From: Phoronis australis
Taxonomy: Eukaryota > Animalia > Phoronida
Direction: 5' to 3'
Assembly: GCA_002633005.1 (NCBI GenBank)
Contig: NMRA01000618.1
Coordinates: 181,312 to 245,311, forward strand
DNA length: 64,000 nucleotides
This document shows positions 1-12,660 of this stretch, in pieces. The notes under the pieces are model-generated. The model saw only the letters and a program-made list of their open reading frames with translations. It was not told where the DNA came from and did not search any database. Made by a program: the position numbers and the translations under genes. Every line of letters starts with the position of its first letter. The first letter of the stretch is position 1.

Positions 1-52
1 TAGCACTGTGTAGATATCTCATGGCGTCCGCGACATCCACCATCATTTCAAC
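1..52 (-). CDS. RIPK-like/TKL protein kinase, coding exon 3 (runs off the window start)
   Basis: Acceptor tgtggcag| is followed by VEMMVDVADAMRYLHSA (kinase subdomain VIa). Phase 0 matches the end of exon 801-990. Confidence 0.8.
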
Positions 53-800
53 CTGCCACAGACACAGATAAACACTAAATACATGAAGCAAACTAGCCTG
101 AGAAGTGTACTGATCGTGTCAGCTGGAAACTAATTATAATGCAAAGCATTAGCGATGTCCCGATTTAAGGACCAACCGTTGGTTTCCTTTACCTTCAACA
201 ACACGCAAAACTCCCTCACTATACATGTACATAAAAATGCCCTTCAAACGACTCAAAAATATTTGCAATGTTAGAGTCGGTTATAACCCACGCAGACACT
301 CGGTTTGTGAAGCCGTTATCAGTATAGAATAGTATAGAATAGTATACTGCTCCCTGGTGCGAAAATAACTAAACAACCATCACACACAAGTAAACGTTGA
401 AAATGAAGCTGTTTACCAAACTAGTTTTACTAGCAACATTCTTGCGTTTCAACTCACGCTTTCAATGTCACCGGATTTTACGAGCCAACGGCCATCCCAA
501 AATTCACTTGAAAACTTACAGAAGCGCGGTAGATAGCCCCAAGATCATTTGCCTTGACATGCGTGATACATCAGCTCAACTATTATCCACTTTAGGTGCA
601 CACCTGAGCTGGTACCTTTCTGTCCCCAGTTGCCCAAAGTATAGCATAAGGCAATCGCTAAATAACCGCAAAAATACGTTAGTTTTGGATATTTTTTTAC
701 AATAGCCGACGAGAGGTGGTACAGAGATTTATGAGAAAGCACTTAATTATGGTAAGACAACTTCTTGCACACTATTCGAGTTGCAAGCACCATCACGCAC

Positions 801-990
801 CTGTACACTGATTGGTATATGCGATTCGATGCACTTTAGTTTTTCCTGTAAGTCCCTCAGAGAGCCATTATGCATGAATTCCAAAACCAGCCCACACATA
901 TTGTCCAAAATGATGCCGTATATCCTGACTATGCTTTGATGTGCTATAGCACACATTGATCTTGCTTCTTTTAGGACCATCTGCTCTTGA
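801..990 (-). CDS. RIPK-like/TKL protein kinase, coding exon 2
   Basis: Bounded by ttttccag| and cag|gtgcgt. Encodes SQEQMVLKEARSMCAIAHQSIVRIYGIILDNMCGLVLEFMHNGSLRDL (alphaC Glu, subdomains III-V). Confidence 0.85.
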
Positions 991-1369
991 CTGGAAAACA
1001 TTTAGAAAAAATAACGCTTTATTGGCACCAAGACGTACGATTTATATTTACACATCTCTTCATAATCTCAATTGTTTTGTCAGCAAACGACAGTAGCGAA
1101 ATGAAATGTCATTTAGAATATCTGGCTCATAAACATAAAGGTATGGAGGCAAACAGATGGTGTACCAAAAATGGTGACTGTGAGCAAATTAAGTCTATAT
1201 ATTTGAAATATTCTTGACAGATATTAAATGGTCAATGCATGGCGAAAATGTTTTTAAACCACCTCAAATGTCAAAATACCGTGTTTACAAAAAACAGTCA
1301 GTTGTCATGACTCAGGGAAAGTCAAATTAAAATACAATTTGGTAAAAGGTGTGACCAGGGAATACCCAC

Positions 1370-1563
1370 CTATCAGGAGACTTGCGCTTAGAAATCACTT
1401 TGACAGCCACATCCATTCCCCTGTAGTGACCTCAGTGGACAGCGGCGAAACCACCGGCCCCGAGGATGTCTTTTGCCATAGACACATCTGCTAGGTTTAT
1501 CTTTTTGCATTTGACATTATTTCGAATGGTACTCAGACACTCCCTCTCATCATCAGACGCCAT
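1370..1563 (-). pseudogene. RIPK-like/TKL kinase, coding exon 1, with in-frame TGA at 1432-1434
   Basis: Kozak-type accATGg start. Reads MASDDERECL...ILGAGGFAAVH*GHYRGMDVAVKVISKRKSPD (Gly-rich loop, VAVK Lys). The phase-2 donor AG|gtgggt joins exon 801-990 in frame. Confidence 0.8.
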
Positions 1564-4500
1564 GGTGTTCATCCAATGTAGACTGCGGGAAATCATGAAA
1601 TATTGTCACTTTCCTATGATTGTATCGTACAGGAACTCATTGATGTGTGTGACCATTTGTTATACGGTTTAACTTTACTCTCTGCTTAAAGCGTTTAAAG
1701 TGCTTAAAGATGCATTTGCATGTTCCTGACTACGCTCAAATGTATAGCATGACGCAGACGACACACAACGCTATTTTAACACAATCTACGCTAAACAAAG
1801 CGTAGCTGTATTCATTGTCATCTTCTCAATGTGAAAACAAAAATTGTTTAAGTGGACATTGTATTTCTAAAGTTGGTCATGTCAAGAATAGGTTACAGTT
1901 GGTTTATGGCCATGTCACCAATGAAAACTCTTGCCGTTCCGTCAGTGACGTGAAGACTTCATACAGCGTGTATTTTGTTGCTTTGGCTTAGCTTCAGTGA
2001 TAGGTAAGATAATGCAAATTGTGTGCTCTTTGTTGAGCATCAGTCAAAGGGTAATTCCTGTTACGAAGCACGGCTCATTGCATGTTGAATGACAGATTAG
2101 ACCCTTTGTCCTTCAACAGGTTTATCTAGTTATCGAAAATAATTACGTACAGCAATAACAAGATAAAAATAATATGGCTTCTGATTTCGCCAGGGAGCTG
2201 CATAGTGAAATACAGCGCACGCAGAACGAGAAAATGAGTTGAGTAAAACTCCTGTGTACCGGTACGAGATAGGCCACGCATTAAATATGCGATGTTTTTC
2301 AAATCAATCGCGTGAAATTTTGCTTTCATTAAAGCCCGCGGTTCCTTCAAAAGTTGGAAATCTTTGGCAATGAGTGAAGGTTACGGCCATAGTGTTTATT
2401 GGCCCACCTGCGTATCAAGTCTAGTGAATCTCAAGTTCATCCTTGTGGATGAAAAAAAAAACGGTACAGTTGATTCTTATCATGACCTTAGCTTTCCGGC
2501 TCAAACTGTCCCGCGTGACATATCCCCACGTGAGATCCAAATATATCTCAGGTTAACTACAGGAAATAGTTGCGGAACTGCCTTGCGTCAAGAAAAAAAT
2601 TGCCAAAACCTCGTGTTTTAGAGAAAATACACTGTAATATCTCACATAATGTCGCGAATTTTTGCTTTTCTCGAGGTCCTAGCTTTACTAAAAGTTACCA
2701 ATTCATTAATATGACATACACACAAATATTATGCTATAAAAGTCAGCCTGGAAACTGCAGTTAGTATTATGTCGGGGCTTTAGACAATGGACACACAATA
2801 ATAAATAGGAATATTACACAAGAGTAAGAGAAAAGAGAAAAGTGACATTGACTTACTGTACAATACATCAATACAACAGCAGACTATTACATGTATAAAC
2901 AAATGGTGCGACAGATTGAAGCAGAACAAGTTTGCTGTAGTTTCTGCCCTGGATTTACTTGAACAATGAATGAGGATATTGGCTTTGTCTAGCATACATT
3001 AAGTGTAGGGAACACATCAGAGTTAATTTCTATGCTCTGGAGGAGTTCCCGCCTGTCGTTGTTGAAAATCAATTGGACAGTCCAACAGACAGTGCATTTT
3101 CGTCTGAACTTGCCAACAAGTGTTTCTCTCCATGCTTTTATCTACATGTTATTTGCACTTTTGGTGGAATGTTCAACACGACATTACCGGTTACGCTATT
3201 ACATAGCCTCTGACGTCACTCATGACTACGAAAACATATGTTTCTTACTTTTTGCTTATGAGTCATCGGGAAATTCGAGCGCCTGTGCTTCGGAGCAGCA
3301 AAATTTGTTCTGAAATTCAGATTGATGTAATCAAAAATCTACGAAACTTATAATGAAGGAACAACAGGTTCGATCATTTGTTGTGAGGTGTACGCAACCT
3401 CGTGAAAGAACTGCGGTTGGTTGGGTGAAAAAAGAAACTGGCCAACAGGTGACGCAATATTTCATGGCGCCGAAAGCCGACGCAAAAGATCGCTCCACAA
3501 ATTTAGCAGCAGGATAATGGTAGAAAGCAAATTTTTCAAATCCAGTGAATCATTTAATTTACTCAAGGAACTGTGTAGTCTTTAACGACACTAATTTTGT
3601 ATCAGATTTTATCTGGTCATTTTTTACCCACATCGGCGCATAGCTGTAAATTTAGTACACAGGCATCGGCTCAAAACTATTACGTACATAGCTTTGCACC
3701 AGACCTGTGTCAGTAACGCTTGGACGTACGCTAGGATCAAGCTAATATCTAGCTAAAGTCGCGTGTTCTCACTTAAAATATACGGCGATATCACCCGTAA
3801 TCTCTCAAATTCTTGCTTTTTAGCGGTCCTAGCGTTACTGAACGGGATGCAGGGCTAGCTGTTACATAGAAGAAAGTTGGAAGGAGCTCAGATTCGCTTG
3901 GACTGAGACGCAAAACTAAGCTCGTACAACGGCAGTAACAGTAGCAGTAATAAGCCCTACGGTCAAACTATTTACATAGCATTGTAGTGACTTGTAGTCA
4001 GGTGGTCACGACATTGTTGCCAAACAATGTATGTTTATTCGGAGTAAAGCACTGTTAAACCACGCAAAAAGTTTTTTACTGTTGAACCCGTGAGGTAGCT
4101 TTCAATCTTGCGGCTACTCAGTGTAGACCAATCTCAAAAGGCACACGGACGAAGTGGTTCTGCTACTGATCCGGCGTAGTGTAGCCAGAAATCCAATGTT
4201 TCTACGCTAGTGGCGTCAGTGTACCGGTTTAGAAATTATCTTTATTCGCGAGTGTGTGCCAACGGATTGCGGCCACGATGCCTGTTGACTTATCTATACG
4301 TCCGGTCTACTGACTTAGGAGGAACAATTTATGCTGGTTGGGACTTGAGATGTAGCCCAATGATTCACAGCTTCCATAATCACTTGTTAATTAAATCAAA
4401 TAGAACTACATACCTGGCGAAACAACTGTAGACGACATCATCGGCGTTGACTTATGACTGACGGCAACAAATTGGGTTTTCCCGTGTCCGGGGAAATGCC

Positions 4501-5431
4501 TCAATATTACCTCAAAGGTCAGGTCACATGTCCTCCCATTTGCGTCACCAAACGGACACTTCCGTAGTCGCGAGCGCAGAAAAAAAGAGACACTCAGAAC
4601 CGCGGTTTGTCCCCTTCACAGACTTTCTATGTTGCCGCTTTCAGTAACGTCACAGTGGAAACCCGTCCTGAGTTCAGTAACGCTAGTACTGTACCTCGCT
4701 AAAAAGCAATACTTCACTCGAGATTACTGTACTCAAGAGTTTATAGTTACCTTTGACCTCCAACTTATGACCTAAATACGTCACAGCGTAACAAGTTGCG
4801 TCAACTTCTGGAAGGCGCTCAAATGCAGCATAATAACATGGGTGACTGTAATGTCAGTGTGTCCTCTGGTGCTTACAAAATACTTTGTTTTGCTTGCCTA
4901 AAGATAAGGAGAGGTAATTGTATATTCATTATGTATTCCATGCTACTATTGGCAAGTGCTGATCGGAGAACAGGAGTCATTACTGCAGTAGAATAATTAT
5001 AGTAGCAGGCCTACCTATTTAGGGATAGTTACTATACTATAGTAGTTGACAATACTGAGGCCCACAGCACGGGCGTATGAGACTCATTCGGTAGTGGCTG
5101 CACATCTTCTGCCAGGAATGTAGCATAATTGTGGTGGAGTTGTATCAGCTGTGTTTGGTTAAAGAAGACTAGTCTGTGTGCATTGTCTACAGTACAGGTT
5201 ATAAGGTCAGACCCAGTGTGCTGGTCAGCTGGCCTTGTTTACTGTGTCAAAACTGGGGTGAGATAGCACTTACATGGCCAGGTTTAGAGTAAAATGTTTG
5301 CAAGCTTTCACAATCTAATGACGTTGTTTGTTGGCGTGTAGGCTATTTCTCAGTGTATGGTTCAATTTTAGGTGTGCGAGTTGGGTGCAGAATATGCACA
5401 GATAAGACCTAGCAGGGAAATCCTTAGAAGA

Positions 5432-5710
5432 CATGACGGGGATATCCCGTTGCTCCCAACTTGTTCGATTGTATAGCCCAACAACAAGTTGGGAAGTTTA
5501 CCCTCCCCCCGTAGCCAATTAAATCCATTCTGGTGTTGATGGTTGGAGTGCCTGCGCTCTTTTGTTTGATAATTGCTCTAATCTCCGATCAGATCGTATC
5601 TAGCCTGACTGGGGTGGGGTGATAAAAAAACTTAACTTAAGCCAGATATTATCGCACGTTCAGCACCCCTCACGTCTGGAAGAGTTACTGAACGACAGGA
5701 CGCTGTAATG
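5432..5710. repeat. ~275 bp dispersed repeat, copy 1
   Basis: Highly similar to 17239-17511 over its whole length (catgacgg...gctgtaatg). Confidence 0.9.
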
Positions 5711-6034
5711 GCTACATAACCTGCGATTGTGTAAATCGCCATATCCAAGAGGAACAATTCACTTATCAACTAAAATAAGAAACTGTTGATTTAGTATAAA
5801 CAATCTGTTTTGATGTGTTAATATCAAGTTCCCAAGCATTACCCTGCATCATCACAGGATACGCGTGCCTCAGGCTATCTTACTGAAGAGTACATTGTAT
5901 GTACCCTAAACAGGGATTATTGAGTCAACTTCTTTCTTAGAACAGTAAACAAACCTTATTCTTTGATACATTCTGCTGCACCCACACAGCTTGTTTCCCA
6001 TGCCCGAATCCAGGGGGCTCTGGAGCTCGAACGA

Positions 6035-6185
6035 GCTCCCCCTCTTTGGCGTAGTGGACAAAACGTTTTGACCCAGAGAAACAAAAACTCCAAAAAGTTG
6101 AACACGAGACAAAAGTCCACTTCCACCAATATTTTCTTAGTCATAGGTACACATTCTCAAAAATTCGAGGCCCCCATGTTTTAGG
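6035..6185. repeat. Diverged dispersed repeat (MITE-like fragment)
   Basis: Shares cccc..ggcg.agtgg.caaaa, acaaa(a)gtccact and aaaaattcgag..cccccat.ttttag with 42700-42870. The gacaaaagtccact motif also occurs inverted at ~14067-14082. Confidence 0.55.
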
Positions 6186-8214
6186 CTGGGTGAGCGTGCA
6201 TGTACTTGCTATACTCCACAACCTATCAGAATGTGTGTCATTCATACTAACTTCTTGTGGAAATTGGTCTCATTTTTGTCTGGCAAAACTCTGATTGAAG
6301 TATAATTTCTAAGGGGCATGTCTATATGACATCAGAGTTGCTGTACTATTGTATTAGTCCTGGTGAAGACCCAAGCAGAGCGTGTTTAAATTGCAAAACT
6401 TAAAATTATGGGCTCCCGTGAACCTGTTAAACTATATATTTTTTGATAACTTTGGGGATTAGCATTTACCCTGAGATACACTTTGAGGTTATGCCCAAGG
6501 AGTTGTATTGATACCATTGTCTTCATATGAAATGGCCAATAGTCATATAACATTGATTGATTAGTCTGAAGTAGACTAATTATATGCAATATAAGTGGGA
6601 AAAGTTTTCTTGGTAACATTTTCATTGTACCGGATGGTGGTGTATGTTCCCTCGAATCACATACATTATCCCTGACAACTATTGGTATGTTGGCAAAATC
6701 AAATTTATTGTTTTTAATATTGCAGCTATTCCAGAACATTAGTACCGTAGAAGTGCTAGGTCTCTTAGCAGAGATATCTGTATTGACATGTATTGTATAA
6801 TGTATTTTAAACATGGAATGTTGTTTTCATACAATCAATGAATTGTGTGTTAAAATTACAATGCTTTTAATGTCTTTTGAGCTGATGTGTTACAAAGTTA
6901 GAATAAAAATGATATTGATCCACATGCTCTTATTTATTATTACTCTACTTTTGTTTATGTAGTGAGTATTATTTATTATTCATATTTATTTTATTCCGTG
7001 TCTTTCAGCTACAAGAACTATGATATAAATATTAAGTAATATATGATAAAATATTATGCTAAAATATTTTATAAATTATTGTTGTATATACTTGATTCTG
7101 TAGCTATATTTAGAAAACCATGTGGAAAATGTCATGCTATTGAATTCAGGCAGTTGCTTTCATACCAGTCTTAGCGCTGGCAAAGTCTTTACAGTTAAAT
7201 ATTATAATAATCAAATATTATCATAATTGCATAAACTTCCACGTAAATACAAATGATGTTTCCTCAAGATTGATATATAGCTATGCTTACAAAGGGATCT
7301 GAAAAATTTTGTTATTCATTTGAACGGCATTTGCTTTCATTCTAGTTTTATCGTATCAACAATTATCGTATTGGCCATAACATCATCAAAAATTTATGTT
7401 TTTCTCAAGTAAATTATAAATATAATTCATCAAAACTGGATTTATGTCTAAAAAAACTGGGTTTTATTCAAATAAGTTACAATCTTCACCTGGTTTTAGG
7501 GTCTCCGAATACAACTTGGACTCCAGCTAATAGGTGGCGATGTTCCAAAATGTGTGACTAGGCAAATTACACTAGGACGGCCATCTTGAGATATAGTATC
7601 TTTGCTGTACGAGAGATATTGCCGTGTATTTTAAATAAGAACACGTGGCTGGATCTAAGCAAGGTCCTAGAATAGGTCCTACACTACTGAACTCTACCCT
7701 GGTTATGCGTACTCCACGTTGACCGTGATTCATCTTATAACTATCTGCGCAGTCTATCTCAAAATTGACAACATATTTGTCTTAACCGGGGACTTCATTT
7801 GAACACATGAGAACTTGAATGGATATTAAAATGCATGTTAAGCCAACAAAATACCTAGAGCAACTCAAGCAGGCTGTCCTTTGACCAGGCAACCAACTCA
7901 CTACGAGGGCATTAGGAGTTACCTAGTGGGACTTTAGTAACTGACGTACGGTATCATCAACATCGTCTCCTTCGAAGTATACAACATGAGTTGTTATTGC
8001 TTTCCGCGTATTTCTTTTGATGACTTAGAGAAGGCGGAATTTTGGTACTACAATTCTAGAAGCCAAATGCAATTCTTTGGTTCCATCTGGGACCTTTCCA
8101 AAGGGGCAACTATTGTATTTTATTATTTTTGGTACCATTGCTGTAGTTGTGGCAGAAAACTTTATTGCAGTTAGAGCAAATGTATCGAGGATTTTTTTAA
8201 AAAGGCAGAGACCA

Positions 8215-8304
8215 ATTCAACAACTTGGAAATTCTTGATTTGATATCACTAAAATCAAAGAAAAAGGGGGTCCAGACCCCTTTGACGTCCCTGGACCCCC
8301 TATG
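8215..8304. repeat. MITE fragment (hAT-like), related to 33415-33565
   Basis: Its reverse complement aligns with 33430-33510 (gtcaaa.gggtc..ga.cccc.tttt..ttgatttta.tgatatca..tc.agaattt..caa.t.ttga). Confidence 0.6.
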
Positions 8305-9042
8305 AATAACGAAATTCCGTCCATTTACTTGGGACTCTGTTGAGAGACCTCAGTACAAACGTACTTCCCGTTCTTCCGGTACTGTCCCATTTTCCTTCAA
8401 GTTTTAACATTGTTTTAGCCGTTGTGCCCAACATATCGTCTTCACAGCTAACATATACCTGCTACTCAGGTTAGGTCAAAGTTCGTGACAACCGTGTCGC
8501 GTAGTTTTATTTTTGTAGCTGTGTTAATTTGTTCTATTTTGTTCTAAGCGTCATGGCTTCATGCTGGGAAATCTATTTGGGGGGCTATTTATGAGAGGGC
8601 TCTATATTGCGTGTAGGCACGGAGTGAAGGCAACGTTATTATTTATTTGTGTGATCTGTTTGCTCAGTGCGGGTCTTCCGACAAGTCCAAGACACATACT
8701 GTACTATAGAGACAAGCCACTTTATGGAAATGTAGTAATCCTTGAATTTCATTCTACATGTTTTTCTATTAGAACCGGATGGGCAATGTTTCTCAGTGTT
8801 TTTATAGTCTCATCATCAAAATTACTGGGAGAATAAGCCTTACCACGGGGATCAGTTTTCATGTGTTTTCTACACTGTGTGACATCATATTTCACATTGA
8901 TGGTGTACTCTGTGAAATCTGTGATGTGCTCGTGGGGGTGCTTGTAATGCTTTTGTTCTGTTTTGTGTGTATGTGGTGTGAATGAGCCAGGATTGTACCA
9001 TTATTATTTGATTGTCATTTGATATATGTGCATAACCGTTAT

Positions 9043-10520
9043 AATGGTGACAGGTGAACTTAAAGTAACCCCATTGAACTGCAAAGGGCCGAGTCTCGAT
9101 GAAAAACGAAAGGATGTTTTCAATTATTTAGGAGAAAAACAGTACTCCATTTATTGCCTACAGGACACATACTATACTAAAAGGGAAGAAAACAAAATGA
9201 GATCAATGTGGGGATATGAATGTTTTTTTTTCAATTCAAATACCTCAAAATCCCATGGAGTGGCGATCCTCTTTAACAACACTTTTAAATATATATTATA
9301 TAACATTAGGCAAGAATTCAATGGTAATAAAGTAATTTTGGATATTACTATTAATGAGACAAGAATAACGTTTATTCATACGTATTTTCCAAATAGAAAC
9401 TCGCCGACTTTTTTGAAAAAATAAAACCAGATATTCAAGATATAGGAAATTTCTCTGTTATTTAAACTGGCGATTTTAATCTTGCTCTCGATCAGTCTAA
9501 GGAGACGCTTAATTACCGACAGGTTAATAATCCGAAGTCACGGATTAATTTGATGGAGATTTGTACAGAATTGACTGTTGCTGATTTGTGGCGGGAACTA
9601 AACCCCAATAGAAAAGATTACACTTGGGGAGCTGGAAGTTAACGATCCAGACTTACTTTTTCTAATTTATGAAAACCTTTTAGCCGATATTTAAGGCCGC
9701 AAAATAGAATTCGGTCACCGGTCCGATCATTCAATGGTAACGGATTTTTTAAAGCTATGCTTCCAGGAGAAGGAAATTAGTTTGGAAGTTTAATAACTCC
9801 CCCTCTCTGAGTATATTGCTGCAGTCAAGGATACTATTGAATTAGTTAAACAACAGTAAATGACTGACGACACTCAGACAGTTGATAGTACATTCAGATT
9901 TACAATCATTTGTCTATAAATGATTGTTGTTGATGGAGATTCGCGGCAAAACAATTTCCTTTGCTATTCACTTAAAAAAGCGATAAAGCTGAACAGCAAC
10001 TTATCAAAGAAATAAGCTTGTTGGTAAAAAGTCTAAGCCTCGATAGGGAGGTACTGGAACAAAAAAATAATCTACTTGCCGAGCTAAGGCAAAATAAGTT
10101 AAGAGGTCTTATGACTAGGTCGAGGGCAAGATTGATTGAAGAGGGTGAAAAAAATTCCAAATATTAGCTTCACATGAAAAATAGGCATGACACAAGTAAG
10201 TCTATGCCTTTTTGTGGAAATCTGAAAATACAAAAACCAATAGTGAAGACTTTATTCAGGAAACCAAACTTTTTATAAAAATCAATACAAATATACATGT
10301 AGACATTCTAAAAATACAGCTTTAGAGACTCTTTTTGATAAAGTGTGTCGCCAAACTGAATGAGACAGAAAAAGAAAAATTAAAAGTTCTTCTTACATAT
10401 GAAGAAGTCACAAAATGCTTGAAAAAAATTGAAGAACAACAAGAGCCCAGGCTCTGATGGTTCTTTAGTGGATTTCTTATTTTTTTTGGGCTGACATTGG
10501 ACATCTATCGAGATTCACCA
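9043..10520 (+). mobile_element. Degraded L1/Tx1-clade LINE ORF2 (APE endonuclease to start of RT)
   Basis: Shows LKVTPLNCKG..., YCLQDT, GVAILF, GDFN, SDH, WKFNNS and KSPGSDG-like motifs across frames, with many stops and frameshifts. Confidence 0.85.
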
Positions 10521-11599
10521 ACCAGCCTTAAGTTGAGGATTCTAAAATGACTTGCACGTGATTTAAATTGGTAACGGAAACTGAATCTTATCACTTAGTG
10601 GAATGTCGTGAAACCGTGTTACGTGATTTAAAGATGTAATTCGGAATACTCGTAGGTCATTTACAATCTTGCAAAGTTCAAATAAGTATCAGTGCGTGCT
10701 TCTTATTTCCTGTTTTCTATCAGTACATAAAATGTCCCTCACTGAAAAAGGAACGATGCCTCCATTTTTCCATAACCACCACGTTATACGTACTGTGTCA
10801 ATTTAGTGAGTGCAGCGGTTTGCTGATGCCTGGAGCGATTTTGTATTGGATGCCCTCTCTCGACCGATACTGAAATGCGTGGACACCTGCACTAACAAAA
10901 TTTAAAAAAAAATGAAAAATAAATCGAAACTTCACTCCGTTTAACTTAAAACTAGTCACATATAAAAAAACGCTATTCGCACTGACTGGATGCTCCCAGA
11001 TGTGGATGCCCAGGGCCGTCGCCTCGTCGCCCCACACCCCTCCCTCTCCCTTCTGCACGCCGCGCCATCGTAAGACAATGTGTTATTGAAAAATACCTCA
11101 ATTTCTGGGGTCATAAGGGTATTCTGGGCTCTATATGGGTTTTAAGGTTACATATATTTAAAACCCTAGAGAAAGGGACACATATGGCTAAGTTCGGAAC
11201 ATCATATGTCAAAAAATTGTACATAAAATGCATATGAAACTTTGAGAATCAGAAACTATGCTTCAAGCACAAATGGTAAGTTGTTAGAAATTCATTTAAT
11301 TGCTCGTCTTTGCACGACGGGATATCAAGAATGTGACTGAAAAATGTTTAAGTTGCTTAAACCCTAATGAAATGATAGAATGGAGATATCTTCTTGAACA
11401 CACACGTGCGTATCAAATGAAATTATCCTATGTTGATGATACCACTTTATCCCAAATGTTTGCTAAATTTTAGACACGGCCGCATGTCCCCAATGATAAA
11501 TGTCGAGCATTGTATGGTGCTGACACTTGGATTACCTCAAAAATCCAATTATGTTGTTCAAACATCAGAATTGATGTGAAGCTGCATACAAGTTGTGAA

Positions 11600-12660
11600 A
11601 GTCACGTTTCTTGAACAATTTGCATAATTCAGAAACCTAACGACCAGTTCTTGTCACGAGTTATTCAAATGTTATTCCAAACTTTTAACGTATCTTATCT
11701 TCTGAAATCTGCAAAGTTCGGTATTTGAAGTGAAACATTATTAAACACAATAGAACTCCGTGAGTTATGAAGAGAACAACCAAACACAAAATGTAGCTCA
11801 TCCTCCACAGAACCAGAATCACAACACAAGCAAAGTCTTTCACTTACAGGAGTGTTTAAATAACGACCAGTTTCCAAGTGCAATGGGAGATTTTCTGCTC
11901 TAAGCTGAGACAGAAGAGATCGATCGGAACGAGATAAATTAATCTTTACATACGGCTCAGTTGAAAAATCGTGCTTAAATAAAATGTAGGTTCTTAACTT
12001 GGGTTTTGTTACAATAGACTCGGCCCAAACATGTTTCGAGTATTCAAATAGTTTGTTTCGAGCATCTACTATGTCACAAGTAGTCGAATTTTGAAAACAG
12101 GATTGCATGCCAGTTGTGTTAAACAAATTTTTGATTCCGTCTATCCAACCCTTTCTACCAACAGAGTAGTCCCATACAAATACCTTCTTCAGTAACCTAT
12201 CACCACCTGTGGTTCCTAGTCTGTTCCAAAGAAGCAGCATATTCAGTTAAAATCTATTTCCGGTGGAGCCCCACCCCATATCACCACTAGTATGAGTGGC
12301 TGTAAATCGGTTGACCCTTAAATAAAAACGCATAGCTCTGTTTTGAATATTTTCACGGTTACCAGAATTTTTGTAACCCCAAACAGGTGACCCGTAATCC
12401 AAAATTGGTGCCAAACACGATATAAATAATGTTTTAAACGTTTCGAATACTAGATTCTTGTTATCACGGAATGTTGAGCATATCTTCCCTAACGTTGAAC
12501 CAGAAGCTTCGGATAACGTATTCAAATTTTCTTTGAAGTCAAGGTGTTGATCCAGAATACAGCCCAAATATTTGTACGGGGATTTACAACTGATGACACT
12601 GTTCAAAATAAATTCAAAATTGCTATTAATACAGACACGTCTATAAAGTCCTGCATAACG
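11600..12660 (-). mobile_element. 5'-truncated non-LTR retrotransposon 3' end (RTE-X/CR1-group type): RT thumb plus C-terminal Cys/His finger
   Basis: ORFs 12247-12606 (YKYLG...PILDYGSPVWG) and 11695-12240 (LPLHLETGRY...RLCLCCDSGSVEDELHFVFGC) are frameshifted relative to each other. Confidence 0.8.

Noticed and set aside
1432-1434. TGA read as selenocysteine in the kinase
   Set aside because: This position is normally Arg/Lys, not Cys. CGA>TGA is the simpler explanation, and the 3' UTR is outside the window.
6354-7530. Possible non-autonomous Academ element (tagtcc... / ...cagcta ends around an AT-rich core) and ORF 6386-6814
   Set aside because: The ends share only a short ggtgaaga match, no TSD is evident, and the ORF has no recognisable motif.
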